The position numbers were made by a program, and so were the translations under genes. The notes under the pieces were generated by a model. That model was not told the origin of the DNA. It made no database searches and worked only from the letters and a program-made list of their open reading frames with translations. Positions 18,400-28,927 of a stretch of 64,000 bases of DNA are shown one piece after another. Location: positions 224,672 through 288,671 of the forward strand of contig CP030759.1 of the NCBI GenBank assembly GCA_003290465.1. Reading direction: 5' to 3'. How positions within the stretch are numbered: position 1 is the first letter of the stretch; the number at the start of each line of letters is the position of its first letter. This DNA comes from Candidatus Sumerlaea chitinivorans. GTDB lineage: Bacteria > Sumerlaeota > Sumerlaeia > Sumerlaeales > Sumerlaeaceae.

Positions 18400-20220
18400 C
18401 CAATGGCAGGCCAAACCCTTACGGGCGCAGAAATGATTGTGCAGGTTTTAGCCGATGAAGGCGTCGATACAGTATTTGGCTACAGTGGTGGAGCCATTCT
18501 TCCAACCTTCGACGCGATTTTCCGCTATAACGCAGCCCACTCAAAAGGCAAAAAAGATGCGATCCAACTCATCGTCCCGGCAAACGAGCAAGGGGCCGGC
18601 TTCATGGCTGCCGGTTATGCTCGCAGCAGCGGTAAGGTGGGTGTTTTCATCGTTACCTCAGGCCCCGGCGCCACGAACACAGTTACACCCATTCGGGATT
18701 GTATGGCGGACTCAGTGCCTGTGGTCCTGATTTGTGGCCAAGTGCCTCGTTCCGCAATCGGGACGGATGCCTTCCAGGAAGCCCCAGTGTTCAACATTAT
18801 GAGTGCGTGCGCGAAGCACGTGTTTCTTGTAAAGAACCCCGAGGAACTGGAAGCAACGGTTCGCACGGCTTTCGAGATTGCGCGCTCAGGTCGCCCCGGT
18901 CCGGTGGTCATTGATGTGCCCAAGGACGTACAGAACTGGTCAGGAGTTTTCCGTGGCGAAGGCCTACTGAATCTGCGCGGTTACCGCGAGCGCATCCAGC
19001 ATCTCGAAGAATCGCGCATCACGAAGGAGCAGGCGCGTGACTTTTTCAAGATGCTTCTCCGCTCCGAACGCCCCTTGTTGTATGTGGGAGGTGGCGTGAT
19101 CAATGCGAACGCCGCTGCTGAACTTCGAAAGTTCAGCCAGCGTTTCAACATTCCCGTGGTCACGACTCTGATGGGCATCGGGGCCATGGACACGCGAAGC
19201 GAACTGTGCCTGCACATGCTGGGAATGCACGGCACGGCGTATGCAAACTATGCGGTGGAGGATTGTGATTTTCTGATCGCGGTCGGCGCACGCTTTGATG
19301 ATCGCGTTGCGGGCAAAGTGGCTGAGTTTGCTCCCAATGCCCGCGACATTGCTCACATTGATATTGACGCTGCAGAAATTGGAAAAGTGAAGCCGGTGAC
19401 GTGGAGCCATGTCGGAGATGCCAAGACTGCCCTTGCGGACCTGCTCGAATACGGTCGGCACTTCAAGAAGGACTTCTCGAAATGGGTCGAGCACGTAAAG
19501 GCCCTCAAACGCGACTACCCGCTCAATTATGACAGAAAATCCCCTCTCATCCAGCCGCAATATGTGATCGAATGCCTCAACGAAATCACCAAGGGAGAAG
19601 CGATCATCACCACAGGAGTTGGCCAGCACCAGATGTGGGCCGCCCAATACGGTGAGTTCCGTCATCCGCGCACGTGGCTTACCTCGGGTAGCATGGGAAC
19701 GATGGGGTTCGGCCTGCCGGCGGCCATCGGCGCTCAATTCGCAAATCCCGATAAGCTCGTCGTCGATGTCGACGGCGACGGGAGCTTGCGTATGAATCTT
19801 GGGGAGCTCGAAACAGTAACCACCTACAATCTGCCGGTGAAAGTCCTGCTGTTGAACAACTATGGCGATGGAATGGTTCGCCAATGGCAGAGGTTGTATT
19901 TCGGCAAGCGTTTCACCGCGAGTGACAAATCCTTGCGCAAGAAAGACTTCATCAAAGCGGCTCAAGCCGATGGCTTTGAATTTGCCAAGCGTGTGACCGA
20001 CAAGTCGAAGGTGCGCAAGGCGCTTGAAGAATTCGTTCAGTTCAACGGGCCAGCGTTCCTTGAGGTGATCATTGATCCAGACGCTGGGGTGTTCCCGATG
20101 GTCGGGCCCGGGATGGGTTACAAAGAAATGGTCACGGGGGATTTCATCAAAGCCCGGCCAGTTCCTCCGAAACCCGTGGATTTGGAAGTGGACATGACGA
20201 AGATTCCCGATCTCTTCTGA
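18400..20220 (+). CDS. ilvB: Acetolactate synthase large subunit (TPP-dependent; biosynthetic type)
   Basis: GYSGGAILPTFDAI, TSGPGATN and the TPP-binding fold GSMGTMGFGLPAAIGA...NNYGDGMVRQWQRLYFGKR. No ilvN small subunit is adjacent. Confidence 0.85.
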   Translation, partial: PMAGQTLTGAEMIVQVLADEGVDTVFGYSGGAILPTFDAIFRYNAAHSKGKKDAIQLIVPANEQGAGFMAAGYARSSGKVGVFIVTSGPGATNTVTPIRDCMADSVPVVLICGQVPRSAIGTDAFQEAPVFNIMSACAKHVFLVKNPEELEATVRTAFEIARSGRPGPVVIDVPKDVQNWSGVFRGEGLLNLRGYRERIQHLEESRITKEQARDFFKMLLRSERPLLYVGGGVINANAAAELRKFSQRFNIPVVTTLMGIGAMDTRSELCLHMLGMHGTAYANYAVEDCDFLIAVGARFDDRVAGKVAEFAPNARDIAHIDIDAAEIGKVKPVTWSHVGDAKTALADLLEYGRHFKKDFSKWVEHVKALKRDYPLNYDRKSPLIQPQYVIECLNEITKGEAIITTGVGQHQMWAAQYGEFRHPRTWLTSGSMGTMGFGLPAAIGAQFANPDKLVVDVDGDGSLRMNLGELETVTTYNLPVKVLLLNNYGDGMVRQWQRLYFGKRFTASDKSLRKKDFIKAAQADGFEFAKRVTDKSKVRKALEEFVQFNGPAFLEVIIDPDAGVFPMVGPGMGYKEMVTGDFIKARPVPPKPVDLEVDMTKIPDLF

Positions 20221-20310
20221 TCTGGGTGTCTTGCTTTGTGGATAGACTCCGTTGGCTCTGAGTAAAAAGAGCATCATCATGGCAGGGCAGGAGGGGAGGA
20301 CAGAGTCCGC

Positions 20311-23133
20311 GTGAAGAACTCGGGGAATGGACGTGTGCTGTGGTGGAAAGATGCTGCCGCGCTCACCCTGATTGTAGCAGCCGTTGCGCTTTTTGACGGG
20401 CCGACGCTGCTGGGGCGCATCTCGCTCGACAGCGACAATGTGTTTTTCTACATTCCGTTTTACTCATTGGCGCGCGAGGGGGCGCTACTGCTTTGGGATC
20501 CGTATTCAGTTTGCGGGCTCCCTCTCTTGGGAAATTTGCAGTATGCCTTGCTCTATCCTTTGCGCCTAGCCTTCGTGTGGTTTGATGCTTTGCGCGTCTA
20601 TGGCCCATTCTGTTTCGCCCATTGGGTGATCGGTGGCATCGGAGCATATGTTCTCGGCCGGACGATGGGCGTTCGCCGGTTCGCAGCCCTCCTCGGTGCC
20701 ATCAGTTTTGCATGTGGCGGGTTCATTCAAGGTCGTGTATCGAATCCCAGCTTGTTTTTCACAGCGGTTTGGTTTCCACTTGTGGTGGCCGCCGCCATCC
20801 GGGCCAGTACGATTGCATCTCCCCGAAGTTCATCCTTTCTCGCGTTTTCGTTTTTCTTACTCGCTGCGGGCGGTTCTCCACACAACACCTTCTTCGCGGT
20901 CGTGGCTGTGGGTCTTGCTTTCGTTTTTGCGCTTGTGGGAAAACCGCTTCGGGTTCAGCCCACTGCCACACCTCCGACCCGAACACGAGTTCTTGGAAGT
21001 GGCGTTTTTGCGCTTTGCCTGTCGGTTGCCATGTTTGCGCCTGTCTGGTGGCATGCCATCGAACTACTGCCGCGCACAATTCGTCGTCAGGCGAGCTTTG
21101 CGGACGTCACAGAAGGTGGACTCCAATGGACTGAGCTTCCTCGGCTGTGGGTGGGCGGACTGGGAACCCCTGAGTTTGCGGACAAGACAAGTTTTCAAGG
21201 TCTCTTGGCTTTAACATTTGTGCTAATTGCCGGCTGGCAGGTGGTGTCCGCCAAACCCACCGAAAAGCGCCGGTTTTCAGCACATCCTCTTGTGATTTAC
21301 GCTGTGACCTTATGCGTGTTGGGTATCCTCACGGCGTTAGGAGCTCGTGGGGGCATCTATCATCTCATTTATGCGATCCCGGGGTTTCGGTTTCTCATCG
21401 GCCCGGCTCGCGCACTGATTCTTTTCAACACCGGCTGGTGCATGCTCCTTATGTTGGCGGCTCACCGCGTTCTTCCTTCACTCAAGCTGCCCAAGCTCCT
21501 TGTGATGCTGTGTGCTCTGATTGCGGTGGTGTTTCTTGCCAATGCGTGGCTCGAGTATAGCTTCCGTGGAATTGTTTTCGCATTTTCCCATGTCGGGACG
21601 ATTTCGCACGTCGACTACCTTCGCATCATCGTGCCCTTCTGGCTCGGCGTCGTTGGCTTGGCGTTGTGGGTTGCTTCACGACCGAGGCTACCGTGGCACT
21701 GGCGGGCCGCCCTGCTCTTAGCTGTCCACGTCGCAAACCTCTGGCATTTTCATCAACGCCAGTATTTGCGTTTTGAAGATACCAACTATTTCGCTCCTTC
21801 CCCAACCGTGGAACGCCTACGGGCTCTACCTAAAATTGGCGAAAGTCGAATCCTTTGCTACGATCCGCTTCGTTTGCACGTCGTGGATATGAACGATAGC
21901 CGCGCGCGGGATTTCCTTATGTCGAAACTCTCGGACTATTACCGATTGCGAGAAGTCCAGGGTTACGATCCTTTGATTCTTCGGGATTATGTGGAGTTCT
22001 TGACTCTCTGCGGCGGGCGGAGCCCTATTGATGACCCTTTCCGAACCGTTCACGTTGCGGATCCACTATCCTTACTTCCCGATGCGACGGGCGCACGTTA
22101 CCTTGTCGGGAACCCCTATGTCCGTCTCCTGACGCGAGACCCATACCAGCGGGAGGTATCCCTGCCACCTCAACGAGCTACGGCGATCCATTTCGTCTCA
22201 GTGTGCACGAACTCACAAGCTATGCCGGAGGGCGCAGTGGTGGGGAACTTCATCATTCAAGGACGCGATGGGGACACCACACGCGTTCCCGTAAGGCTTG
22301 GCCGCGAAACGGCCGACATTGTGGCTACAGACCCGACCACCCGTTGTGCGCACCGACATCCTCCCACGGCGCAACGGTGGCTGGCATACCGCCTGCCCTA
22401 CAACCGGAAGATTTGGAATGCGAATTATGTGGGGAGCATTCCTCTTGAAGGCGCTCCGGAGATTGTCCGCATCGGATGGGTGCCGCGAACCGGCACTTTG
22501 GCGGATTTTGTCGTGCTGGCGTACGGGATCGAGACTCCGCCACAATCCGGCGATCGCTTAGTAAATTTGACGCCGACCGAGGCGGTTGCGCCAATCTATG
22601 AAAACTTGCGAGCGGTGCCGCTTGCTTATCTCGTGCACGAGACGACCTTGGCGGAGACACTGCGCGACACCGTGGCTGTTTTGCGCGAGCACCGGGACTC
22701 GCTGACCTCTCTGGCGGTAGTTCACGATCCCGCGCATGTGCTGGCTGCGAGCTGGAAAGAGGATCCCACGGACCGCGTGGAAATCCTTGCCCATAGGGGG
22801 GGGGACGTGCAGTTGCGGGTAACTGTGTGGCGTCCCCCAGCTGTACTCGTGCTGACGGAATCCCACTATCCCGGATGGCGGGTGTGGGTGAATGGGCGCG
22901 AGCGCCCGCTCCTCCGCGTCAATGGTGTATTTCAAGGAGTTCGACTGGATGAAGCTGGGACGAATCTTGTCCGTTTCGCGTACCTCCCACGATCCCTGTT
23001 CTGGACTTTCCTCACAGCCTCTCTTGGCTTTCTCGGTGGGGTGATCGCATTGATGGTGAGCCCGCGAAGACAGCTGAGCAAGGAACCAAGAAACGGGGAT
23101 GCGCGGAGCACGTTGTCGGCGGGCAACGCTTAG
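20311..23133 (+). CDS. YfhO-family polytopic membrane protein (GT-C fold glycosyltransferase)
   Basis: 940 aa with many TM segments. The C-terminal block LTESHYPGWRVWVNGRERPLLRVNGVFQGVRLDEAGTNLVRFAYLP closely resembles the YfhO C-terminal consensus ..YYPGWKA.VDGK...VNY.F.GV.LP.G.H.V.F.Y.P, followed by a final TM. Confidence 0.7.
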   Translation: MKNSGNGRVLWWKDAAALTLIVAAVALFDGPTLLGRISLDSDNVFFYIPFYSLAREGALLLWDPYSVCGLPLLGNLQYALLYPLRLAFVWFDALRVYGPFCFAHWVIGGIGAYVLGRTMGVRRFAALLGAISFACGGFIQGRVSNPSLFFTAVWFPLVVAAAIRASTIASPRSSSFLAFSFFLLAAGGSPHNTFFAVVAVGLAFVFALVGKPLRVQPTATPPTRTRVLGSGVFALCLSVAMFAPVWWHAIELLPRTIRRQASFADVTEGGLQWTELPRLWVGGLGTPEFADKTSFQGLLALTFVLIAGWQVVSAKPTEKRRFSAHPLVIYAVTLCVLGILTALGARGGIYHLIYAIPGFRFLIGPARALILFNTGWCMLLMLAAHRVLPSLKLPKLLVMLCALIAVVFLANAWLEYSFRGIVFAFSHVGTISHVDYLRIIVPFWLGVVGLALWVASRPRLPWHWRAALLLAVHVANLWHFHQRQYLRFEDTNYFAPSPTVERLRALPKIGESRILCYDPLRLHVVDMNDSRARDFLMSKLSDYYRLREVQGYDPLILRDYVEFLTLCGGRSPIDDPFRTVHVADPLSLLPDATGARYLVGNPYVRLLTRDPYQREVSLPPQRATAIHFVSVCTNSQAMPEGAVVGNFIIQGRDGDTTRVPVRLGRETADIVATDPTTRCAHRHPPTAQRWLAYRLPYNRKIWNANYVGSIPLEGAPEIVRIGWVPRTGTLADFVVLAYGIETPPQSGDRLVNLTPTEAVAPIYENLRAVPLAYLVHETTLAETLRDTVAVLREHRDSLTSLAVVHDPAHVLAASWKEDPTDRVEILAHRGGDVQLRVTVWRPPAVLVLTESHYPGWRVWVNGRERPLLRVNGVFQGVRLDEAGTNLVRFAYLPRSLFWTFLTASLGFLGGVIALMVSPRRQLSKEPRNGDARSTLSAGNA

Positions 23134-23191
23134 CCGGCGATAGCACGTGCTTCAAGGTGCAACGATATGACAGGTCAGGGAGACCGGGGCT

Positions 23192-23533
23192 TTAGAAGGT
23201 CAGTCGAATCAGGTACCAGAGCTGTTCCCAGAGCTTCGAGGCAATCTCGCGAACGTCGAAGGTGCCCAGCCAAAAATAAAAGACTCCCCAAATAAAGGCC
23301 AGCAGAGCGAGAACGACAACAAAGTACTTCAATTGCGCTTTCAGCGAAAATCGGCTTCGGGGCGGGTTCATCGTCAGGATGTTTGCGCGCCATTGCCGAA
23401 ACTCCTCGATGCATTCCGAACTACAGAAGATTCCCTCGCTCATGAAAATCCGGCACTCTGCGCAAATGGGCGCCAAACACTGTTTGCATTTCGTAACAGC
23501 TTTGCGGGTGGGATGATTTTTGCACCACTCCAT
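23192..23533 (-). CDS. Small Cys-rich zinc-ribbon protein with a single C-terminal TM helix (anti-sigma-like zinc-finger topology?)
   Basis: CKNHP..C..C...C..C....C...C cysteine array, then a hydrophobic helix FVVVLALLAFIWGVFYFWLG. Confidence 0.45.
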   Translation of the reverse strand: MEWCKNHPTRKAVTKCKQCLAPICAECRIFMSEGIFCSSECIEEFRQWRANILTMNPPRSRFSLKAQLKYFVVVLALLAFIWGVFYFWLGTFDVREIASKLWEQLWYLIRLTF

Positions 23534-23614
23534 CGCTGTCTATTCCTTCGCCAATTCACGCATCTTGCAAGATCTCGCCACAAAAATACAGCCCACTTGT
23601 CTCGAACAAGAGCA

Positions 23615-25225
23615 TTAGTATTCGCGCCACTCTTCAATACTGCTTAGTGCTGGGAAAAAGAGCTCAAGCACTCGGTTGGCGAGAGCGGCGCGGGTCGTGC
23701 TTGCAGTAATCGCTTCGAATGGGAATCCTAAGTAGACAATCGAGGCGTTGAGGGTACTCGACCCCACTGGTCCAACGTACATGATTCCCGCACCTTGGGT
23801 CGCATTGTACCGCAGGATCAGCGTGGCGCCCGCTTGCGGGGAGATTACGTCCGGATACAGCACATTGAACATCCCGCCGGAACCGTTGTCGAAAGTCCCC
23901 GTGATTCCCTCGAAGGGGGTGCCGGGAACCCCCTCAAGGGCATAGCCGTTGCCAGCCGATCCATCGGAAACGTAATTCGCTTTTAGGTAGTTCGTCACAA
24001 ACGGCACGTCGTTGATCGTGTTGGCTTTTGCGATGAGATCGTAGAGAAGCTCAGAACCGGAGATAAACAGCTTTCCCCCGCCCTCAAGGTAACGCTGCAA
24101 TTGGAGCTGTTCTTGATAACTCAGGGCATCATCCGTACTGGATTCGTCCCCGAGAAGCCACCACACACAATCGTAATTACGGAGGTCCACGCTCCAATCC
24201 ACGACCCGCAAATTGTCCACGGAATCAAATGCGAGTGGTTTGGCAGCGATGCATTGCGCATCGCGAATTAGAAAACTGTGCGCATTGCCGCCAGATTCCG
24301 TTTTGCGCGTCCAGCGGTCGTAACCATTCACAAGCAAGACTTTGGGCCAGCCCGAGGCGAGCCGCAGGGGCAAAATGCTCGACGGGGTGGACTCCCCACC
24401 CGCATTGAGTGCTGTGACGCGGAAGTAATAAACCACGCTGGGAGAAAGCCCGGTCACGGGCGCTTGTTGCGCTTGTGGGCCAAGGGTAGATTCGTCGGCC
24501 ACCCGTGTCCACGTGGAGAGGTCGGTACTCATATAAACCCGAAAACCGATATCTGCGGCTCCCCGAAAATCGATTACGGCGCTGGAAGAGCCAGTGGCGG
24601 TCGCGCCAATGATAGAAGGCCACGGCACCACGTAGTTGTACCTTCGTGGCTCGTAGTTGGCATCCGTCGGTAACACTCTTCGCACGACTCGGCCGGGGCT
24701 AACACCTGTTGTACATTCGAGAAGCATCGTGAGGTTGGTGGCTGTGTATTTCTCGAAGATCCTCACGTGAGAACCTGCGTTGTTCATGAGGTCCCCCGGA
24801 GCAATCAGGGCATAGCTCGTCAGTGTTGTGACTGAGGGAAACGAACTGGTCGTATAGCGGCCCGACTTTAGACACAGTGACGCAAACCCAGAACAATCGT
24901 CACCGTAAGTCCCGCTCACAATTGCCGCCGAATTCGTGTCACCCGCCCATCCGCAATTCGTGACAACGTTTAGCCAAAACGAGTCTCGAGTGTCATAGCC
25001 TCCCCATTTGTACGCGATTCCTTGCTTCGTCCCCGTCGTGGTATATGGGCACGTTGCGTTGGCCACTCCTGAATAGATGTTACAGTCTTTGCAGGGCCAT
25101 TGAAGCAGGTACATCTCGTAGCCGATTTCGAGAATTTGATCGCGTGCCATCGTGGCAGGAGCCGCAAGGGCTGCGGCTCCAGAAACCAAAACAGCGAGGG
25201 TAAGCAATAGCCGCAGGCGACTCAT
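23615..25225 (-). CDS. Secreted multidomain protein: N-terminal NlpC/P60 (C40 peptidase)-like domain, a fibronectin type III-like domain, and a C-terminal domain of unknown function
   Basis: Signal peptide MSRLRLLLTLAVLVSGAAALA. AYKWGGYDT...GDDCSGFAS matches the NlpC/P60 YxWGG...DCSGF catalytic Cys motif. YFRVTALNAGGES matches an FN3 strand. Its ATG overlaps the TGA of the upstream gene (ATGA). Confidence 0.6.
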   Translation of the reverse strand: MSRLRLLLTLAVLVSGAAALAAPATMARDQILEIGYEMYLLQWPCKDCNIYSGVANATCPYTTTGTKQGIAYKWGGYDTRDSFWLNVVTNCGWAGDTNSAAIVSGTYGDDCSGFASLCLKSGRYTTSSFPSVTTLTSYALIAPGDLMNNAGSHVRIFEKYTATNLTMLLECTTGVSPGRVVRRVLPTDANYEPRRYNYVVPWPSIIGATATGSSSAVIDFRGAADIGFRVYMSTDLSTWTRVADESTLGPQAQQAPVTGLSPSVVYYFRVTALNAGGESTPSSILPLRLASGWPKVLLVNGYDRWTRKTESGGNAHSFLIRDAQCIAAKPLAFDSVDNLRVVDWSVDLRNYDCVWWLLGDESSTDDALSYQEQLQLQRYLEGGGKLFISGSELLYDLIAKANTINDVPFVTNYLKANYVSDGSAGNGYALEGVPGTPFEGITGTFDNGSGGMFNVLYPDVISPQAGATLILRYNATQGAGIMYVGPVGSSTLNASIVYLGFPFEAITASTTRAALANRVLELFFPALSSIEEWREY

Positions 25226-26166
25226 GGGACTACCCTTCGCGAGGTAAAGGTGACACCCTGAGGCGTGGTCAGCATCTGCCACAAAGTGCCGTCGGGGAGT
25301 ACTTCAAATTTTTCGTAAACCGTAGTAAAATAACGGTTCGGCAATTCGTAAGCAGCCGTTTCCTTTCCGTCGGAGGCAAGAACGCGAACCACCAAACGCA
25401 CTGATTGAGGGCCGATCTCTTCCGTTTCGCAAATGATCGACGGTTTCGCCCCAGCCATGCCTCGGTAAATCACTGCTCCCAACCGAATCGTGTCGCTGAA
25501 CCGGGGGGTGATGAATGCATGCTGCACGGTAGCTGGCCCGCGCTCATCTGCATTCTCTGCTATGGCCAACTCTACCTTGCGGTTTTCAATTCGGGAGAAG
25601 ATTCGTCGTCCCCCTTCACCTCGGCGTCCTTTGCGGATCTGAAGCGGTTCTTTAGGGGTCGGCAGATTGGGGTCAAAAAGATAGACGGTCTCGTCAGGAT
25701 CGTTGACGCCAACAAGCCCGTTCTCGTCGAACACCTCTTGGGCATAGCCTTCAATCAATGGCAAGTTTTCCGGCAATCGGAGCGTGCGCCGTAGCTCCCC
25801 TTGTTTGGAGAAAACTTTCACGGTGTGTGCCTCTAAAGCCAAGAGATTCCCTCGGTTGTCGAACGCAAGGGCGGTGGGTCGGACATTGTGAACCACAATG
25901 CCCCCGAACTGTCCGTTCGGATGCCACCGTTTGATTTGGCGATGAATGGTGTCCGCTACGTAGATGTCGGCATCCGGGCTCACCGCAAAACACAGTGGGC
26001 CTACGCGCTCTATTTCCTCGCCTGTCTGTAGCCCAAGAGACTCAGGGGTGTCACCCCACGGAATGGTAAAAGATGTCTGACCGTAGAGTCCCCAACTCGT
26101 GAGAAGCGCGATAGCAGTCAAAAAGCAGTGTTTCAGGTTTGAGCGTCTGGTGTGGCGCTTTATCAA
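25222..26166 (-). CDS. Secreted hypothetical protein (signal peptide; possible NHL/beta-propeller-like repeats)
   Basis: Signal peptide LKHCFLTAIALLTSWGLYG. Repetitive D..G..YV.D blocks. Translationally coupled to the NlpC/P60 gene. Confidence 0.4.
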   Translation of the reverse strand: MIKRHTRRSNLKHCFLTAIALLTSWGLYGQTSFTIPWGDTPESLGLQTGEEIERVGPLCFAVSPDADIYVADTIHRQIKRWHPNGQFGGIVVHNVRPTALAFDNRGNLLALEAHTVKVFSKQGELRRTLRLPENLPLIEGYAQEVFDENGLVGVNDPDETVYLFDPNLPTPKEPLQIRKGRRGEGGRRIFSRIENRKVELAIAENADERGPATVQHAFITPRFSDTIRLGAVIYRGMAGAKPSIICETEEIGPQSVRLVVRVLASDGKETAAYELPNRYFTTVYEKFEVLPDGTLWQMLTTPQGVTFTSRRVVP

Positions 26167-26271
26167 TGTTCTCGTGCACTCCGGTTAAGATGTCGGCACA
26201 CTATTTCGTCCCGAAAATGCAAACACCACATTTTGGCTGCAGCGAAGCGACCGCGTGGTCTGCACAGTAGA

Positions 26272-27897
26272 CTACTCGTCTTTTGGCGGCGACTTCGTCG
26301 GATCAATGCGTTTGTAGATGCGCAGCTCGGTTTTTTCTGGTGGGCTGAGTGTCCACTTGTCGTCCGTCTCGAAAATATTTTTCCTCAATCCAAACCACTC
26401 GCGGACAAGAGAGCGGTCGGATTTGCCGATTCGTCGGAAGTCGTCATGGTACAACACGAAGACACGTTCGCGCTTTTCAACAAGGCGTTCAAGTAAGCCG
26501 TTGATTTGGTCGGGTTGCGTGAGATCACGCGAATGAATCATTTCTGTGGGTATGCCGGGGTTGTAGCGCTGGAGAGAGCGCTCCAAGCCGCTGGGGACGA
26601 CGACCAAGAAGACATCTTCCGCTGGTGAGAAGGTCTTGCTTGCCATTTTCCGAAATGCCTTCTTGACCCCATAGCCAGTATCTGTGAGCGCGGCCAGATT
26701 ATAGTAGGACATGATGATCACAAAGAGGACCGACAAAGCTATGGTCCCGACTCGCCCGGGCGCACCGTCAATCCCCGCTGCCACAAGGATCGTCACCGAG
26801 GGTAAGCACACAAGGAAGTACTCGGGACGCAGATACATCCCTGACGCAAAGCCCCCCACACACATAATGCAGAAAGCCGGCACAACAAAGGTAACCCACT
26901 GGTACATAAGGAAAGACGCAAGGCTCAGGCGAGTCCACTTTCCCACCACATCTTGTGTCTCATCTACCCACACAACATTTTCTGGTAGGGCTTCAGCCTC
27001 TGCCTCCCGTTTGCGATAGTAAATCCAGCTGAAGACGAGCGCCGTGAGAACAAGAAGATAAAGCAAGGACCGCACGAACACGCGATCGCCGTAAGCATAG
27101 CGAGGGAAATTACCCAAGGTCATTGCCACGAGGCCCCGTGCAAGGTCAGCCAGCGATGGAGCATCTGGCCTGACGCCCACCATGCGAAATTGAGCGTAAA
27201 GAACACCTCCAACAAGCGCGGCAATGATTAAGAAAATCCCAGTTGCACTCAGAATGATGAAGCCTCGCGGCGTCTTGCGGGGCCGCAGCAGACCGAAGAC
27301 AAATTGTGCTAATAACAAGAACCAGAAAAACGGATGGGTAAGAAAACCACCCACACTGGCGATTGCCCAAAGCGTCCACTCACGTCGGCCACCTTCATCC
27401 AAGGCGCGGACACAGAAATAATTGGAAAGCACAACCCACAAAGTCAGCAGAGCGAACGAGGAAGCCTCGTTGCTTACCGCAACTGCTGTGGGATTCAAGG
27501 CGAACACCACAAGAGCAATCACAAAGGCGAGCCCACGAAGGTATCGAAATGCGTAGAAGAAAAACGCCACCCACGCGGCAACCCCGAATAGCGCCGATGG
27601 GATACGAAGGATCCAGTCGTGTGACGCACCGAAAAGCTTGGTCCAGCCTCTCAGGATTTCGTAATAAAGTGGTAAGTGGCCATGGAAGATCTCTCGGAAA
27701 AGATTTGGACGGTCGCCCGTTGCGTAATCGAGGGCGAAGAACTCATCTCCAAAGAGTTCTTTCGTGCCAAGGGCCACCACTCGCAACAGGATGGCCAAGC
27801 AACAGCAGATAACCGCGATCAGGACCGTTTCGCGCGAAATCCGCTGTCTCGATTCTCCGAAATAGGTTTCGATTTCGACTGTTTGATCGACTGCCAA
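26272..27897 (-). CDS. ArnT/PMT-like GT-C glycosyltransferase (GT39/GT83 family; polyprenyl-phosphate-sugar dependent)
   Basis: 541 aa, polytopic. N-terminal periplasmic-loop DE motif (LGTKELFGDEFFALDYA), characteristic of ArnT/PMT/PglB-type GT-C enzymes. Large C-terminal soluble domain. Confidence 0.65.
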   Translation of the reverse strand: MAVDQTVEIETYFGESRQRISRETVLIAVICCCLAILLRVVALGTKELFGDEFFALDYATGDRPNLFREIFHGHLPLYYEILRGWTKLFGASHDWILRIPSALFGVAAWVAFFFYAFRYLRGLAFVIALVVFALNPTAVAVSNEASSFALLTLWVVLSNYFCVRALDEGGRREWTLWAIASVGGFLTHPFFWFLLLAQFVFGLLRPRKTPRGFIILSATGIFLIIAALVGGVLYAQFRMVGVRPDAPSLADLARGLVAMTLGNFPRYAYGDRVFVRSLLYLLVLTALVFSWIYYRKREAEAEALPENVVWVDETQDVVGKWTRLSLASFLMYQWVTFVVPAFCIMCVGGFASGMYLRPEYFLVCLPSVTILVAAGIDGAPGRVGTIALSVLFVIIMSYYNLAALTDTGYGVKKAFRKMASKTFSPAEDVFLVVVPSGLERSLQRYNPGIPTEMIHSRDLTQPDQINGLLERLVEKRERVFVLYHDDFRRIGKSDRSLVREWFGLRKNIFETDDKWTLSPPEKTELRIYKRIDPTKSPPKDE

Positions 27898-28042
27898 GGT
27901 GACCCGTTGTCTCCGCTCTTTACACTATTGCCACTCACTCTTTGGAAATGATCGAAATCAACGCAAGCATAACTTGCGTGGCACCGACGTGACACAAGCA
28001 AGAGGCAACTTTCCCGCCCGCCGGAAATCTTCGGCGAAATTC

Positions 28043-28927
28043 CTACGCGTCCCCAGCAACGAGCATCTCCGGCCCCACGGCGGTCATTCCGCTGCGAGCT
28101 GCCTCGAACAAAGCCATGTGACACAGCCGGTTAATTTCGCGTGGTATGCCTTGCGAACGCTCATATAAGGTCGGGTAAAAGCTGGAAGTGAATATTGTCG
28201 GTCGTCCCCCGCTCACCAAGCATCGGAATTTCACGTACTGTTCAGTTTCCTCGCGGGTCAGTGGACGCAACCGCGCGCGAATGAACATCCGGTTGACGAT
28301 GGAGGCGTACTCCGGCCGCGCAAGTTTTGTGAGGAAAAACTCTTCGCCGAAGAGGAGCAGCGTCACTAATTTGCGCTCAGGAAGTTCAATGTTCGAGAGT
28401 GTGCGCACTACCTGAAGAGCTTCCACCCCAAGGAAATGACATTCATCAATGATGATGACCAGTTTCTTGCCTGACCGGTACAGGTCGATGATGCGTTCTT
28501 GAATACCTTCCATTAGCATGTGAATAGGGGTGCGTGGCCCAAGGCCTTCCAGCCCAATCTCCCGCGCGACTTCTCGAAGCAGCCCGGTGCGGGTCATTCC
28601 CGGATAGGAGAGAACAACGATTGCCTCGTAGCGGTGCGGGTCGAGTTCTGTGAGCAAGATCTGAGTCAGAAGCGTCTTCCCCGTTCCACTAAGGGCTGTG
28701 GTCAGGCCAACCGCCACGTGCTCCTCGATGCATCGCTTCATTTTGATGTATGCATCTTCGTGGGCTTCTGTCCGAAAAAAGAATTCGGGCTTTACGTTGT
28801 CGCCAAACGGATGTTCACGAAAACCGAAATGGCGGATAGCGAGAGCGGTCCGCTCGTCCGAGCTATGTCCCAGACTTGTAGGAACGTGATCCACTAAATC
28901 CACGATATTCGGAGTGTGCTCACTCAT
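28043..28927 (-). CDS. ExeA/GspA/MshM-like AAA+ ATPase (AAA_22)
   Basis: Walker A LSGTGKTLL and Walker B VIIIDECH. About 290 aa, the size and layout of ExeA-type ATPases of T2SS and PEP-CTERM systems. Confidence 0.65.
   Translation of the reverse strand: MSEHTPNIVDLVDHVPTSLGHSSDERTALAIRHFGFREHPFGDNVKPEFFFRTEAHEDAYIKMKRCIEEHVAVGLTTALSGTGKTLLTQILLTELDPHRYEAIVVLSYPGMTRTGLLREVAREIGLEGLGPRTPIHMLMEGIQERIIDLYRSGKKLVIIIDECHFLGVEALQVVRTLSNIELPERKLVTLLLFGEEFFLTKLARPEYASIVNRMFIRARLRPLTREETEQYVKFRCLVSGGRPTIFTSSFYPTLYERSQGIPREINRLCHMALFEAARSGMTAVGPEMLVAGDA

Noticed and set aside
18964-20280. 438-aa ORF on the minus strand
   Set aside because: It lies entirely antisense to ilvB (a high-confidence TPP enzyme). 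Long antisense ORFs like this are expected in high-GC DNA. It has no motifs.
20622-21214. 170- and 193-aa plus-strand ORFs in other frames
   Set aside because: They lie in alternative frames inside the YfhO-like gene and have Arg/Cys-rich, non-protein-like composition.
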